A stretch of 64,000 nucleotides of DNA from Hormiphora californensis (GCA_020137815.1 CM035361.1:3162001-3226000), one strand, 5' to 3'; shown: positions 17,577-31,463, numbered from the stretch's first letter. Numbers and translations: made by a program. The notes: a model not told the origin generated them from the letters alone.

Positions 17577-18664
17577 TACCACATTAGCTGATTGCAGTTT
17601 GGTAAGTTTTGGATCCTTCAGGCTTCACTGCAGCACTGAGCACGATTGGAACTTGGAAGTTATGGAAGAGTCATGAACTATTCATCCTCATTACTGAATT
17701 ATACTGATTACATGACAATATTTATGGTTGAAAGTGTGTTTTGATGTGTTTAATATAATTGTATCGACTTTTATATGGTTGATTTCTTTGGTGAATGGAT
17801 TATAAAACTCATTTACATTTGCAACACTGTTGCTGTTACCGAAAATTTCCAAGTCTTTAATTTAGTTCTGTTCTGAGAAGATTTTCAAATCTGCATGTAC
17901 CATACCGTGTTCCCAAGATCCTCTCAAATGTTCCCGAACTTTAAACCATGAGTCTCTTTTTCTACCAGGGGAGAGAAAGGGACTCAACGCGACGCCATAG
18001 TTACCATGGTATGGATGTATCCCATGGTTTAGTGACAAACAAACAAACAAACCATCCTGTGCTGCTTTTGACATGTGCATTTTCAAGCATATATCAAAAT
18101 GCATCCCTAGTCACCGATCAGAGCATTCATTTCGGGTCGACAGTGCAACTCCCCGTTGCCTTGCTCGAACGAAACGTGTCTGGCGGCGCCGACCTGATCT
18201 GAGCTAGGACTGTCTTGAGAATCAGATCCGAGATCGAGTTCTGGCGGTGCCACACCCCGTTTTTGACTCTCAACACAAAAACAGAGTTCCTGCCGCGGAA
18301 TCTGATCCGGTCGAAGCACTGCTGTGCGCGGTGGGTCTTGTGACTGATCACGTGACCCACCGCGCGCCATAACGGGGGTCTTCTTGACATAAGGGAGTCC
18401 TCGCGCGCTACTGATATGTGGTAAACTTGGCTACAGTGGAACTGGTACTTCGTATATATGTGGGCTATAATAACTGGATGAAAAAGGAAATAGACAGAAT
18501 TAATTGGTTACAAACATGAGAATCTATTCACACAATAATTATGTATCAATAATGAAGAGGGCCACTTTCACAAAAACGAAAAAACACCTTTACGCACAAT
18601 CAAAAACGTTGCAGATAGTAAGATAATTAGATAATCTGAGTCCAAACTTTTCAAAACTTTTCTC

Positions 18665-21600
18665 CTAAAATCCGTCCAACTCTCCCTTATTGTCACCATC
18701 GTTAAATCCAACCCAATCTCTTCCAATCGGGGCAGATAACATCTCATCAGATATTTTGAAACTCTCGATCAAGGGTAGTGCATCGGCTCCGACAACGCGA
18801 CATAGGTGGTCAAACGTGGCAGTGAGCTGAAATAAAGGGATATCAATACCAACAAACACCATGATATTAGTTTATATCAACTGGAATTAATTGCTCAGAG
18901 CTCTGAGCAGGAAGACATAGTGGGTCAAGAAAGAGGGGGGGGGGGAGGGTCGAGCAAGGCTAGAGAAAGTAGCAAGATGTGATCTAGAGGGTAGAGACTA
19001 GAGAAAGATGATATGTTATGATCAAGTGGAGACGTGTAGAGGTACAACTAACCTGTGTTGCCTGTTCAGGAGTAATAACAGAGTTAATTAGGTACCATGC
19101 CACATTATCTTTAACATATGATACAAGGTGAAGGTGGAACAGGCTCGTTAGGACCTCCTTAGTGTCATCCTGGGGGAGTTATTAGAACTGTTAATGGTAA
19201 CAAGGGAAGGGTGGTATCAAGGATGGGTTAATGGTCAAAATGGTGTAAGTTGAAGGGCGAAAAAGTTAATTAACTCATTAACTAATTAATTAATTTCAAT
19301 TGAAATGATAAGCCTATCATCACGAGGTACACAATTCAACTACCTCTGTTTCCTGGATGACACGCTGGAACTCATCAGCAATCAGACGCTCCCCGAATGT
19401 TTTACCCGCGTTTTGAATGTTTTCATTCTCCTCCATCATCCAGGTCTGGTATAGTCCACCCTTCCCTGCCGCTGCTAGTTTCCCACCCAACGTAGTGAAT
19501 AGCATGTTCTCTCTATAATAGGGGAGGGGGGATGAATAGCATGTTCTCTCTGGGGGGAGGGGGGGGGGGTGAATAGCATGTTCTCTCTAGATGAGGGGGA
19601 GGGGGGGGGGGGGGGTGAATAGCATGTTCTCCCTGGGGGGGGGGGGGGGTGAATAGCATGTTCTCTCTGGGGGGGGGGGGGGGGGGTGAATAGCATGTTC
19701 TCTCTGGGAGAGGGGGTGGGGGTGAATAGTATGTTCTCTCTGGGGGGGGGGGGGGGTGAATAGCATGTTCTCTCTAGAGGGGGGGGGGGTGTGAATAGCA
19801 TGTTCTCTCTAGAGGGGAGGGGGTGAATAACATGTTCTCTCTGGGGGGGGGGGGGGGGTGAATAGCATGTTCTCTCTGGGGGGGGGGGGGGTGAATAGCA
19901 TGTTCTCTCTAGAGGGGAGGGGGGTGAATAACATGTTCTCTCTGGGGGGGGGGGGGGGGGGGGTGAATAGCATGTTCTCTCTGGGGGGGGGGGGGGGGGG
20001 GAGGAGGGGTGTGAACTTAGTATAATGGAAACAAGGGGGGGCAATTAATTAGATCCAATTAAGAGGTTATCAAGAAAAGCAGTCGAGTATAACCACAATT
20101 AGAAGTAAAAAGAAGGGTTATCAAGTTAGCAACTAACCGTGTTTTGATAAGGTTGATAAGTTCACTAGTGCTAGTTACATCCTCGCCTGGTGTGAAGGTT
20201 TCCTGGGGCCTGAACAATGCCAGCCTCTCCTTGGTAACCTGCAAAACAAACATTTTGAGATTTAGAAAGTGGACATCAGCGAATTTATAAAACAATTCTC
20301 AACAGCTTCATTTTATCAGTAAACTAAAAGACGTGATGGGTCTTATTGTCCGCTTGTAGACGGTGGATACCTTTTGTATAAGGACACTGTTATCTCCCTC
20401 AGCAGTCATGGCTGCGTGGGCTAGGCCAATGAATGTTCCAAATCTGTTACAGGAGAGATAACCCTGTCCTCCACACCTGGTGTAATTAGCAATTAGTAAT
20501 TAGTAATTAGTAATACCTTACTCTCGTTAATTAAGCTCGCATATTTCAAGAAACTTTTAAATAAGAAACTTTTTTTCTAGGAAACTACAGGTGTAAGCAA
20601 TCCAAAAACAAAATGAATTTTTCCTTTATCAAGAAACTAAACAAGTTAGAGGTGTTCTATTTTGTTGTGGTGTCTCTGAATTGTGTGATTTACATTTGGA
20701 AAGTTTCTTATAAAAAAGTTTCTTACTAAAGCGTTTCTTAAAAAACGAGAGTAAGGTAATTAGTAACTATTTGCTGTATTTAAATTTAAATAGTGGGTCA
20801 ATCAAGAGAAATACATCCTAGTATGATACGAGTTATGGTATGAAACATGACGCTGTAATGTGTTACCTCTCTCTGCAGACAGAAACTAAGTTCTCCAGAT
20901 GCCAACTACAGATGGGCTTTAGTGCACACACCATAGCCACCACCTATGGGAGAGAATGAAGTTGTTTAGATAGACACCTATGCTATTGGTGTTGAATTTG
21001 AGAATAAATGGGTGACTTCGTAACCAAGATTATTGAAATGGCATTCCGCATTAGAATTAGTGAACGAGAACAGTTCAAGAGAGGGAATTATATGTGATAA
21101 TAGTTGTTGTTTAGATGACAGCAGATAGACAACCAAACGAGCTGTCATTACCTCTTGGTGCTTGGCCGGATCTTGTTCGGCCCATTCTCGTTTCACTTTA
21201 TCAAGTCCCACATTCAGTGCAAAGGTCCTACAAAGTGATAATTTCGGTATAAAATGTGGCCAGATAAAAACGGGATTCTTTTCCAGTTTGCTATGTTGCT
21301 AAGATGCACACAGAAGTGATAAATGACTAGTGACTACAAGAACTGCTAAAAGGGGAGGGGGTATTCTAAACCACATTTCCAGAAGAGGCATTAGGAAGGG
21401 CTGAGGATGGGAGGAGAGTTAATCTAAATCACCCAGTACCTCGCTAGAAGGGGCATTAGAGCGTGTTGCTGGAGCTGGTAACTTAGGATCGGGGTGTCAC
21501 TTTTACCTGTACTACCTGCAAGGGGTAAGTGTCAAGTATAATAAATTATTCATTGTTTCTCCTAGGTATTAAGGGTACGCCGACCGAAATTTTTTTTCGA

Positions 21601-24600
21601 GTGCAGGGAAATCTCTCACCGTAGGGTTGTAGGCCATACCAAGGAGACCTCAAATATGCAATTTTAGCCCTTAAGTCGAATTCATATTTTTGCTACAGCT
21701 GTTTAAAAAATGTCATGTAAATACGTTTTTGGCATCTCAAAAAAATTTTTTAAAGATAGGAGCATGAAAATTTGGGGTTTTGAAGAGGACATGAAGGTGA
21801 ATAACCACAAAAATTTTTTTTTGCAATCCGAGCTGATTTCCGGTCCTGAGATTGATTTCTTTTTTTCCACTTTAACGCCCTATTTGGCAAAGTTCCGAAA
21901 ACATGTGAAAGCTGTAAATTGGCGAAAAGTTGCGTCTAACGATTATCTAAGTGGCCATAAATTTTGGGCGTGTCCTTATTTGAGATAAGCTGTACAGAGT
22001 TTTTTTTGTGAAAGCCGTCATTTCAGAAATAAATAAATTCCCTGTATCTCAAAAACGGCTGATCGTAGAGACCTGAGACTATGCTTAAACGATTCAGAAG
22101 GTCCGATTTTGGGGGGGGTCTTCTGAGAGACATTTTGCTCCTACTTCAACCGTTTTTGCTGTAATTGCGAAAAACAAAAACCCATCTTCGCCATCGTGGA
22201 TTTTTTGTGATTTTGTTTTTGGTGATTATAGGGACCCATATGGACCAAATAGTGAAGGAATTAGCTTGTTACACATTTTTCCATAGTTTCGGTCCTTTCT
22301 TAGCCAAAATTCCCTAATTACAGGATATTGGAGTTTAGCTTTTGCCCTTTTCATAGAATTTGTTTTTCGCAGTTACAGCAAAAACGGTTGAAGTAGGAGC
22401 AAAATGTCTCTCAGAAGACCCCCCCCAAAATCGGACCTTCTGAATCGTTTAAGCATAGTCTCAGGTCTCTACGATCAGCCGTTTTTGAGATACAGGGAAT
22501 TTATTTATTTCTGAAATGACGGCTTTCACAAAAAAACTCTGTACAGCTTATCTCAAATAAGGACACGCCCAAAATTTATGGCCACTTAGATAATCGTTAG
22601 ACGCAACTTTTCACCAATTTACAGCTTTCACATGTTTTCGGAACTTTGCCAAATAGGGCGTTAAAGTGGAAAAAAAGAAATCCACCTTCATGTCCTCTTC
22701 AAAACCCCAAATTTTCATGCTCCTATCTTTAAAAAAAATTTTTTGAGATGCCAAAAACGTATTTACATGACATTTTTTAAACAGCTGTAGCAAAAATATG
22801 AATTCGACTTAAGGGCTAAAATTGCATATTTGAGGTCTCCTTGGTATGGCCTACAACCCTACGGTGAGAGATTTCCCTGCACTCGAAAAAAAATTTCGGT
22901 CGGCGTACCCTTAATTGCAGTATAATTTGGGATAAACTTGAATAAAATCTATAATACCAGTAGTGTATTGGTTATACACTAGCAAATCTACCCCCATGTT
23001 ACTTACCAACGGTAAGTCGTGTAGCAGAGTATTTGACTGCTACAGAAAGGGCTGCTTTGGCCCCACCGAGACTCATGCTAGCAATACAGATCCGTCCTGC
23101 AAGAAGCTGGTCTGCAACAGCCAGGAACCTGAAATAGTTAGTGATATTCAGTCAGAGAGGGACGAGGTGATGGTAAGTTGGCAATATAAGTAAGGGATTA
23201 AAGAAGTAAGAGGCTAAAGAAAAACAGTACCATTGACATTACATCCCCCTCCCCCCTCCGGAGAAAAACACTTTGTGTTAACCTCGGTTAACCTTGCCCT
23301 AATCAGTGTATTCAGAATGTTACAGATTGATAACAAACTGATTTTACCTCGCCCTGGCAGATTTGATATCAGATGTTAGAGTGCCATCCTCTGACAGGTT
23401 ACTGAACTTATCCAGCAAGTTATCACGTGGTACTGAGATGTATGGTGTAAATTAGATTAGTTTGTTAGGTTCTAAACCCATGTGGAGGGAGTGAACTACG
23501 CGAGTTCACCACAGGGGCCACTCCCTCCACATGTCTCCACCGCGGACGGTGCCGTCAGCCCTACACAGCTGATCCAGACATGTTCTAAACCCTCCTAAAC
23601 AATATTTATAAAAGAGGGGCACGTTTTGCTATTTAGTAAACTCCAAAGTTTGGGGCAAAATAATTTTATTTGTTTCCTCTCATCTCTACTCCCTAAAATT
23701 AACAATTCAAAAAAACATCCTCTAACCTCGAACATTATCAAATGTTAGTTTGGCATTGTCCACTCCATTCAGCCCCATTTTATATCCCATCTCCTCCACT
23801 AGAACACCCGGTAGTACGTTCAGCTCCTTGTCTCTGATGGGCACTAGCACAGCGTGGATACCTGCAGAGGTGGGGGGAGGGGGTTATATTTGACCCCTTT
23901 TGAGTGTTGCATCTAAAGTGACTATTATAGCGCTGCTGCAGTTTATTACTGACGAAGCACAGCTGGAACTAACTTAAAACAGTCTAGATATAATTTCAAA
24001 CACACAAACAAGAATTATTGCATTATGTATTCATAATGCGGTGTTTCCCTGCCCCAGATGGGTGAAAAGTTGATAAATGAGCTTCAAATTCAGATTTTCC
24101 GATGAATTTTGCACTTTAAGAGCAATTTTTGGCTGATACGATGTTAGTTGCTATGGTAACCAGGGTGGTTGCTATGGTAACCAAGGCAGTTGCTATGATA
24201 ACTAAGACAGTTGCTTAGGAGACCCTAGTTGGTGACCAATCGCTTCACCTTTACCCTCAGGCCTCAGTCATCTTAATTCTTAGCACCAGTCACTTGCAAT
24301 TTTTATGTGATAGTAGTTTCATGCTTGGAAGACTTGCTACCACGTCATAGTACGGCTGTAGGGTACCCAAAGTGATTTCAGGTGAAAGTAGGAAGTGATA
24401 CGAGTGAGTAATTGCGCGCCACAATGCGTATTAATCATTTCCTTTGTTGCATCAACAAAGTGTGAGTTGAAAGTTTTATGAAGGAGCAGACTTTGTTGCT
24501 ATGTGTAACGGTGGACAGACGGACGGACGGACATTTTAGTTAACCCCACGATCTGCTGATTTCTAAACCCTGAATGATCTTTTTAGCACGTGCGTGCTAA

Positions 24601-25954
24601 AAACATCATCCGGGTGAATGCCCTTCGGGCATTCACCCGGGCAGGGAAAAAATAACAGAAGTCTGATCAAAAACCATAATTGTATTGGTTGCGGGTACAA
24701 TTCATGCCCAGCCCCTCATGTTTGTTTGTTTGTTTGTTTGTTTGTTTGTTTGTTTGTTTGTTTGTTTGTTTTTCACACTCCCTTACCGTGGTTCTTGCCC
24801 CCTGAGATAAGGTGGGCAAACACGACTATGTGGTGTGCGTGTAACGCTCCGTTAGTTATCCAGTACTTTTGGGCCAGGGAGGTTGGGGTATTTACTATCA
24901 ACTCTCTGTAGAGGGAATGTAGATATATTAGAACAGGGGGTGGAGAGTAAGGAGGGAAAGAATATCTTACTTTTATATCGACTGACAAACTAACATGGAT
25001 AAGATAATGGTAATTGAGAACAATTGAGAACAACAATATTAGTTCTACCCTGGTCCCTGTTAATCAAATTACTGCTAATTGGATGGTCCCTGTTAATCAA
25101 AGTACTGCTAACTAAAAGTCCTACCCTGTATCACTATCGAATGTGGCAGTAGTCTCCATCTCAACGGCATTATTCCCGTACCCCAGCTCAGTGAGGCCAA
25201 AACAACCAATATCAGCCAAAGTATCAATACCTGAACAAGTTTTAACAAGTTTTGGCAAGTTTTGACAAGTTTTGCAACAATGTAAAATGTTATCCTGGTA
25301 CATCGAACATCATCTCTTGGTCGAAACAGTGAGAGATTGTGTGGGTGGGGGGCCGGGGGGGGGGGGGGGGGGTTCTGCTATAGATGGGCAGGGGCTTTGG
25401 GGTGAGCACCAGCCTCGGATCGTGCAAATAGAGTGTAACAGGTGGGGGATTTTCAGAGTTAACTATTGTTATACCTGCCAGTAACTTCTCGTGGTGTTTC
25501 TCTGTTCCCAGTTTCAACACAGTTCCCCCAAACAAATTAAATTGGACAGTCATCTTAGTTGTCATGGCGGGATCTGAAATCAAGGGGGGGGGGGTCATAT
25601 GTCTGAAAGCAGCGGTAGGGGTCACAATTTCGGTGTTAGCAACGAAAATTTATCGTGCATGTATCACCAGGCAGGGTAGACCAAAAACACTTGATTGATA
25701 AAAACCATGACTGTTGCAACCACCTAACTTCAGCAATATTATGTACTAGGAACCGACCGACACAAGTAAACAACCAATCAGAACTCGTTATTTAGGTCAC
25801 GTGACTGGTTATCAGCCAATCAGGGACCAGTATTTTCTGATTCGGTCGGTTCCTGATCTGTACCTATGATGGCAGCCAGCTCGTGAGCTGCAAAGATCCT
25901 CAGAGGGTTGTCTCGGAAATCCAATACAGATATAAACCTGAGAGAGGAGAGAGA

Positions 25955-26049
<95 letters not shown>

Positions 26050-27042
26050 CGTTGGAGTGAACAAATTGAACAGTGAACTGAGTATATAATATGTTTCATT
26101 TAGTTACGAGATCAGTATCAGAGCAAGAAGTAGAGAATGAAACCGGAAATTGAAACAGTATAACCTACCCGTTGTCGCATATACGTTGGAGTCTGGCGAG
26201 TGCCAGCTCCCTCTCTTCCTCCAATGATATGTTATATTTTGGCACCATCACTGGGTCTGACATGAACTCCCGGAACCTAGAGAAGGGGTCATAGCCAAAA
26301 TGTAATTAATCAGGACTTCCACACATACAGACCATCGTACAAAATTAATTAAGACAGGCTAAGTGCTAGCCCCCCCCCCCCTCAAAAAAGACCTGCTACC
26401 ACCTCTTCCCCTCCCCACCAATAAAGACCTGCTACCCCCCCCCCCCCCCCCAATAAAGACCTACCTTCACGCCCACCCCCTCCCCATAAAGACCTGCCTC
26501 CACCCCCTCCCCGCCCCAATTAAGACCTGCCTTAACCCCAATCAAGACCTGCCTTCACCCCAATTAAGACCTGTCTCCACCCCCCCCCCCTCCCAATTAA
26601 GACCTACCTCCACCCCCCCCCCCCCCCCCCCCGCCCCAATTAAGACCTGCCTTCACCCTCTCTCTCACCAATGCATTATGTACCTGCCTTTACCCCAATT
26701 TGTTCTTACTTGTTCCTCATCTCGTGGTTGTCGTGATCAAGAAGGCGTGTCAGTGACTCTGTTGTGAAGGTGGGAGAACCAAACTGCTGCTTTTGTAGCT
26801 CTGAAAACAAGGTAGTGGTCACACTATAAATCGGACTGTTGAGTGTTGAATGTATTATTTCTTATTCCTCCCCTCTTAGATTATAATCTCTCTATATCTC
26901 CCCCTCTTTTCTACCTCTCTCCTTCTCTCTTTTACTCTTTCTCTTTCTCTCTTTAACCTGGTGGGGATGTTTTATTGTTGAGGGAGGCAGCAGCAGACAG
27001 ACATCTTGATCCCTGAAGTCGGCGGGTAGCCAGCCGCAACAT
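18665..27042 (-). CDS. Acyl-CoA oxidase (ACOX family), about 18 exons
   Basis: Spliced translation includes [21 protein letters not shown]..., [128 protein letters not shown] and [11 protein letters not shown] (catalytic Glu), ending ...GELDGF*. Confidence 0.92.
19494..20005. repeat. G-rich minisatellite (GTGAATAGCATGTTCTCTCT + poly-G) in an ACOX intron; G-quadruplex-prone
   Basis: About 14 units with variable G-run length; the source of the spurious proline-rich ORF 19475-20044. Confidence 0.9.
21573..22910. mobile_element. Non-autonomous foldback DNA transposon, Kolobok-like (TTAA TSD, GG..CC termini), in an ACOX intron
   Basis: ttaa|gggtacgccgaccgaaa...tttcggtcggcgtaccc|ttaa; arms of ~550-600 bp, the right arm lacks ~60 bp; related half-element ends at ~16900 (gtacccttaa). 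Confidence 0.85.
24012..24652 (-). mobile_element. Helentron-associated (DINE-1/HINE-like) non-autonomous element
   Basis: Subterminal IR tttccctgccc/gggcagggaaa, hairpin at one end, gcattatg..cataatgc stem-loop at the other, internal (GGAC/AGAC)n microsatellite. Confidence 0.65.
25748..25854. mobile_element. AGGAACCGACCG MITE, second copy, in an ACOX intron
   Basis: Matches 228-336. Confidence 0.8.
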
Positions 27043-27124
27043 GGTGCTAGATGGGGCATAGAAAGTTAGGTCATGTATTTCTCGTTGGGATCTACTTTAC
27101 ATAAGAAGATAAATTATTATAAGT

Positions 27125-27205
27125 TTTCAAAGATGATGATCAAATTCATTAAAATCTGGTACACAATTCGGGATATCATAGAAAACTAAACTTTGTGCTT
27201 CTTTT
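27125..27205 (-). pseudogene. Remnant of the DDX49 stop/3'UTR upstream of ACOX
   Basis: tttcaaagatga..attaaaatctggt..cac..agaaaactaaactt..gcttc matches 46108-46205. Confidence 0.6.
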
Positions 27206-27699
27206 TGGTTAGTTGGTTGGTTGGTTGGTGATACTAAGCCGACGTTTTACCAAGCTCTTTGAGTGGTGTGACGCGGTGACTCCCAAACTGATTATTCTAA
27301 TCACTTGTGAGAAAGGGAACAGAATGGTGCCCCTTGGCTTCGTTAGCGTCTGTCGTCTGATAACTCTAAACTAAAATTTGATCGAGTATTGACAATTTAT
27401 GGGGCAGCTGTGTCAAGCATTTAGCATAATGGTTTCTTCTTTTTCATTTTTGTTTTCCTTTCTGTTTCTGTTTCTGTTTCTGTTTCTGTTTCTGTTTCTG
27501 TTTCTGTTTCTGTTTCTGTCTCTGTCTCTGTCTCTGTCTCTGTCTCTGTCTCTGTCTCTGTCTCTGTCTCTGTCTCTGTCTCTGTCTCTGTCTCTGTCTC
27601 TATCCTAGTATCCTATCTTTGTCTTTGTCTCTCTAATACAATTCCTGGTAGCATTCTTTGTACGGGGTGCTGGTACACCCGTTGGACGTGACTCAGCAA

Positions 27700-27862
27700 A
27701 GCGTTCTGAAGGTGAATAGGAGGGAGAGATACATACCAAATATAGTGGTAATCCTCTCCCCAATCTCTCTAACCGCCCATTACCTCTAGGTAATGGGCGG
27801 TTAGAGAGAAAGGGGAGAGGATTTTCACTATATTTGGTATGTATCTCTCCTTCCTATTGACC
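27700..27862. repeat. Long hairpin element (~75-bp arms) upstream of cassette 1; same family is tandemly amplified at 40170-41050 and 54545-54970
   Basis: aataggagggagagatacataccaaata...aaccgcccattacct|aggtaatgggcggtt...tatttggtatgtatctctcc. Confidence 0.8.
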
Positions 27863-28064
27863 AGCATGGAACACTAAGAAGAATTGGCAAGTGTTATTTT
27901 CATCTAGCTGTCTATCCTTTTCTCACCAACTACCTCTGAGTTCAAAGATTCTGCAGTTGAAGCCGTTGAACTCGATCAATCAGTTGGGATTAAACTTGGG
28001 ATTAACTGATTGGACGCTAATTATTAGCGTACAATAAAACAGTCTAAGACTTGGAATTAGCAAG

Positions 28065-30957
28065 ATGTTTCGTCTTTTGATTCTACTAATCATAGCCGCT
28101 TGCTTCTGGAGATCTTCACTATGCTCAGGTTTGTTAAAAAAGTTCTAGACAGAGCTGTATAGATCTTTTAAAATCATAACTTTGGATTAATTCGTTAAAG
28201 ACTATTAATTAAAGAGGCATAAACATCCCTTTTTTAGATCAAGATGGTTGGATGGTGCTTGAGTTTGATGACGACATCTCATGGAAGTGGGAGGAGATAC
28301 CTCTCCAAATCAAGACAGATTCTGTGGTCGGAAGCGGTGATGAAATAAGTATCGATATGGGGAGACCAGATTACGTATCAGGAATCGTAATAGAATTCTC
28401 ATCTCCTATCAAGTTCTGGATGGCATACTGTACCTCTAAGGATGATGATACCCCAGATTTTTACGAAGACCTTCCAGTGCAGCCTCCTGATGAGGTCGAT
28501 AAGATCTGGACCTTCACTAAAACAGATTCGGCCCTAATCATCACTTGTAATGATGTAGAGGTTCTCAATTACGAATTTGCAACCAGTGAATTCAGCGATT
28601 GTGTTCCAAAATGGGGAGGAGATACCACCGATTACATCGAGTTTTATGAATCGTGGAATACAGCATCCGACTTCTACAGAGCAGGTAAAATCCCTTTCCT
28701 ATGAATAAATGTCTAATTTGACTAATAATAAGCAATTTTTTCCCTGCCCGGGTGGATGCCGAAGGCATCCACCCGGATGCCTTTTTACTTTGTAAAAAGG
28801 CATAGCAGGGTTAGAATTCGAAAACGACATTTTGGTATACTAACTAATCGGTAGAGGGACCATTTTGGTCACACTTTCGTTGCGAGGGGCAACACGGTAC
28901 CACCCGGTGTACTCAGCGTAGCAACTGAGCCGCGCACACAACAACAAGTTGCTCCTTTATCAAAACTTACAATGGCACAGTTTGATGGACGTGTATGCGC
29001 GTGCCACTCAACAAAACATGAATAGCGCTGCCGCGTGTTTCGCGTGTTACATACACATTGTCATCTTGCGAGTCGAGTGTGATAGGTTAGATAAGTAGTT
29101 AAGTTGGAATGTCAAAAGCTGGTTAGCAAGTGTCATGTGAGTAAACTAAGCTATGTGAGAAGTATACTGACAGCTAGATCGTATGCATCTCACATTACAT
29201 TATGACCTTGCCCGCGAGGGGATCGCCCTATGGGCGCGTGAACATGAGGGGATCGCCCTATGGGCACACAAACATGAGGGGCGTGACGTGCCCAAATTAT
29301 GACCAAGCCTTGATCCTGTTGACAGTGACACGTGAAACGGGAGGGCAGGGAAACACAGCATTATGAATACATAATGCAATGATTCTTGTTTGAGAAAAAT
29401 ATCACATCGTATCTTATTTTTCCAGAATATTGTCCAGGCTTCATGGTAAAAGGAACAAAGAAAGGCTCTTGGGATAAATCCACTGCTGGGGTAACAGTTA
29501 CTGTTGAATGTCTGGAAAACAAGGTTTTGAATAGGGAACCAATATTGACCTGTCAGAGTGATGGAACTTGGTCAAGTGGTATAGTTCCAGCATGCTATAC
29601 AATTGGTAAGTTCATTTTGTAAATTTCTGTGTCTTACAATGTTGTTCAGCTTAGCATTTATGTTATAGATACTTTAGTATAATTAACCAGTTCTAAGAAG
29701 CAAAATCTTTGATTTATTTCTGCATTTACCCGGATGCCTTATTGCTTGCGAGTTGCGATATTAACTCATATCATACCTAATGTATACCTTGCCTAGCTAG
29801 ACTCTGTTTCTGTAAAGGAGGGTTAGAACATACCTAATGTATACTGTTTGAGTGATATAATAACAAATAATTGTAAAAGTCTATCCCACCTTCACATTAG
29901 ATGGTTATGAAAGTAAAGTCGGAATTTTTGAAGTTTTCACCCCCCTGGGTGGCATACGAGTTTTTATTTGTGCGCCGGAAACTTGTTTCGGCTCTCACAC
30001 CTTTGTTTCTTGACCAATTTTGTCGAACAAAAGTTTTACGGACTCACAAAATTATGCTCTTTCCGGTGATATACGGCTTTTTGCCGAAAAGTGAGAGCAA
30101 GTGGGGGTTGTCACGCACAAATACGACGCCGCCCGTGAAAAGGGGGGTGACAACTTCAAAAAATCCGACTTTAAAGCATAGCATAATAGCATAATAGCAG
30201 TATTAAACATAATTGAGGTTTTTCTTGTTAGATGACGATTGGAAATTGCTTGAGTTTGATGACGACATCTCATGGAAGTGGGAGGAGATACCTCTCCAAA
30301 TCAAGACAGATTCTGTGGTCGGAAGCAGTGATGAAATAAGTATCGATATGGGGCGACCAGATTATGTATCAGGAATTGCAATACTATTCTCATCTCCTAT
30401 CAAGTTCTGGATGGCATACTGCAATTCTGAGGATGACACAACTTCAAGTGCAGTCTACACTGATCTACCAGTGCAGCCTCCTGCTGAGATCAATAAGATC
30501 TGGACCTTTAAAAAGACAGAGAAGGCCCTTATTATCACTTGTAATGGTGTTGAAGTTCTTAATTACAAATTTGCAACCAGTAAATTCAGCGATTGTGTTC
30601 CAAAATGGGGTGGAGATACCACCGATTACATCTTTTTTTATGTATCATGGAATACAGCTTCCGACTTCTACAGAGCAGGTAAAATCACATTCCTAGGAAT
30701 TAATTTCTAGTCTGGACTAATAATAAGCAATTTTCTGAAAATATTATATCGCGAATCGTCTCTTATTTTTCCAGAACCGAAGTCATGTCCTGGATTTGTG
30801 GTAGAAGGGTCAAAAGAAGGTTCTTGGGAAACTACTTCAACTGGGGTAACAGTTACTATTGAATGTCTGGAAAACCATGTTTTGAATGGAGCAGCAACAT
30901 TGACCTGTCAGAGTGATGAAACTTGGTCAAGTGAAGCACCAACGTGCCAGGAAGTTG
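28065..30957 (+). CDS. Cassette 1: leader + variable domain + Sushi + second variable domain + Sushi
   Basis: Exons 28065-28128 (MFRLLILLIIAACFWRSSLCS), 28238-28684, 29426-29605 (C..C..LTCQSDGTWS..P.C), 30232-30678, 30775-30957; all phase 1. Confidence 0.85.
28735..29390 (+). mobile_element. DINE-1/HINE-like element in a cassette 1 intron
   Basis: Same ends as 24012-24652 in the opposite orientation; inserted in the T-run of 'aataagcaatttt', which is uninterrupted in sister cassettes. Confidence 0.7.
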
Positions 30958-31188
30958 GTAAGATAATTTAGTGTTTTGGGAAACACTACTTAGCATTGAA
31001 ATTCTTTTGGGAATCACTAATTAGCATTGAAATTCTTTAGAGTAACAATTTTGTAGTAATTATAAAATTTATGGCCCCCGTTATCTCATGTTCTTTAACG
31101 AAGATATTAATTGTGAGTGCCATATCACATTCATCACGTGCACTGCAAGACACATTCATGCTATATATAATTAGTATATTATATCTTA

Positions 31189-31349
31189 CAGTCGGAACCC
31201 AATTTACCGGGATTCTCGGGGGAAGCCATTTTACCCGGTAAATCGGGGTGCATGCCCGGTATATCGGGGTTAGATACTGTTAATTCCCTATTTCGGGAGG
31301 AGATTATCCTCCCGGTAAATCGGGGTCCCGGTATATCGGGGTCCGACTG
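31189..31349. mobile_element. CAGTCGGACCCCGATTT-family MITE
   Basis: TA-flanked TIRs. Confidence 0.8.
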
Positions 31350-31463
31350 TACTATATAATGCAAAAAGGGGTGAAACTTGATCCCCCTGATGCATGATGA
31401 GGGTTCCAAAAATTCCCATCATCAGCTCAGATCACATCACCTTACGCAGGATCATATCATGCC

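Noticed and set aside
18127-18390. GC-richer 87-aa ORFs downstream of ACOX
   Set aside because: No recognisable domain or splice structure; overlapping ORFs in several frames.
18636-18665. tgagtccaaacttttcaa resembling my recollection of the ctenophore spliced leader
   Set aside because: Short partial match only, no donor GT or Sm site, and it lies antisense in the ACOX 3'UTR.
19475-20044. 189-aa proline-rich (extensin-like) ORF
   Set aside because: Translation of an intronic G-rich minisatellite.
23500-23590. Hammerhead-like core on the minus strand (CTGACGG-stem-GAGAC)
   Set aside because: Two invariant core positions differ and stem I does not pair.
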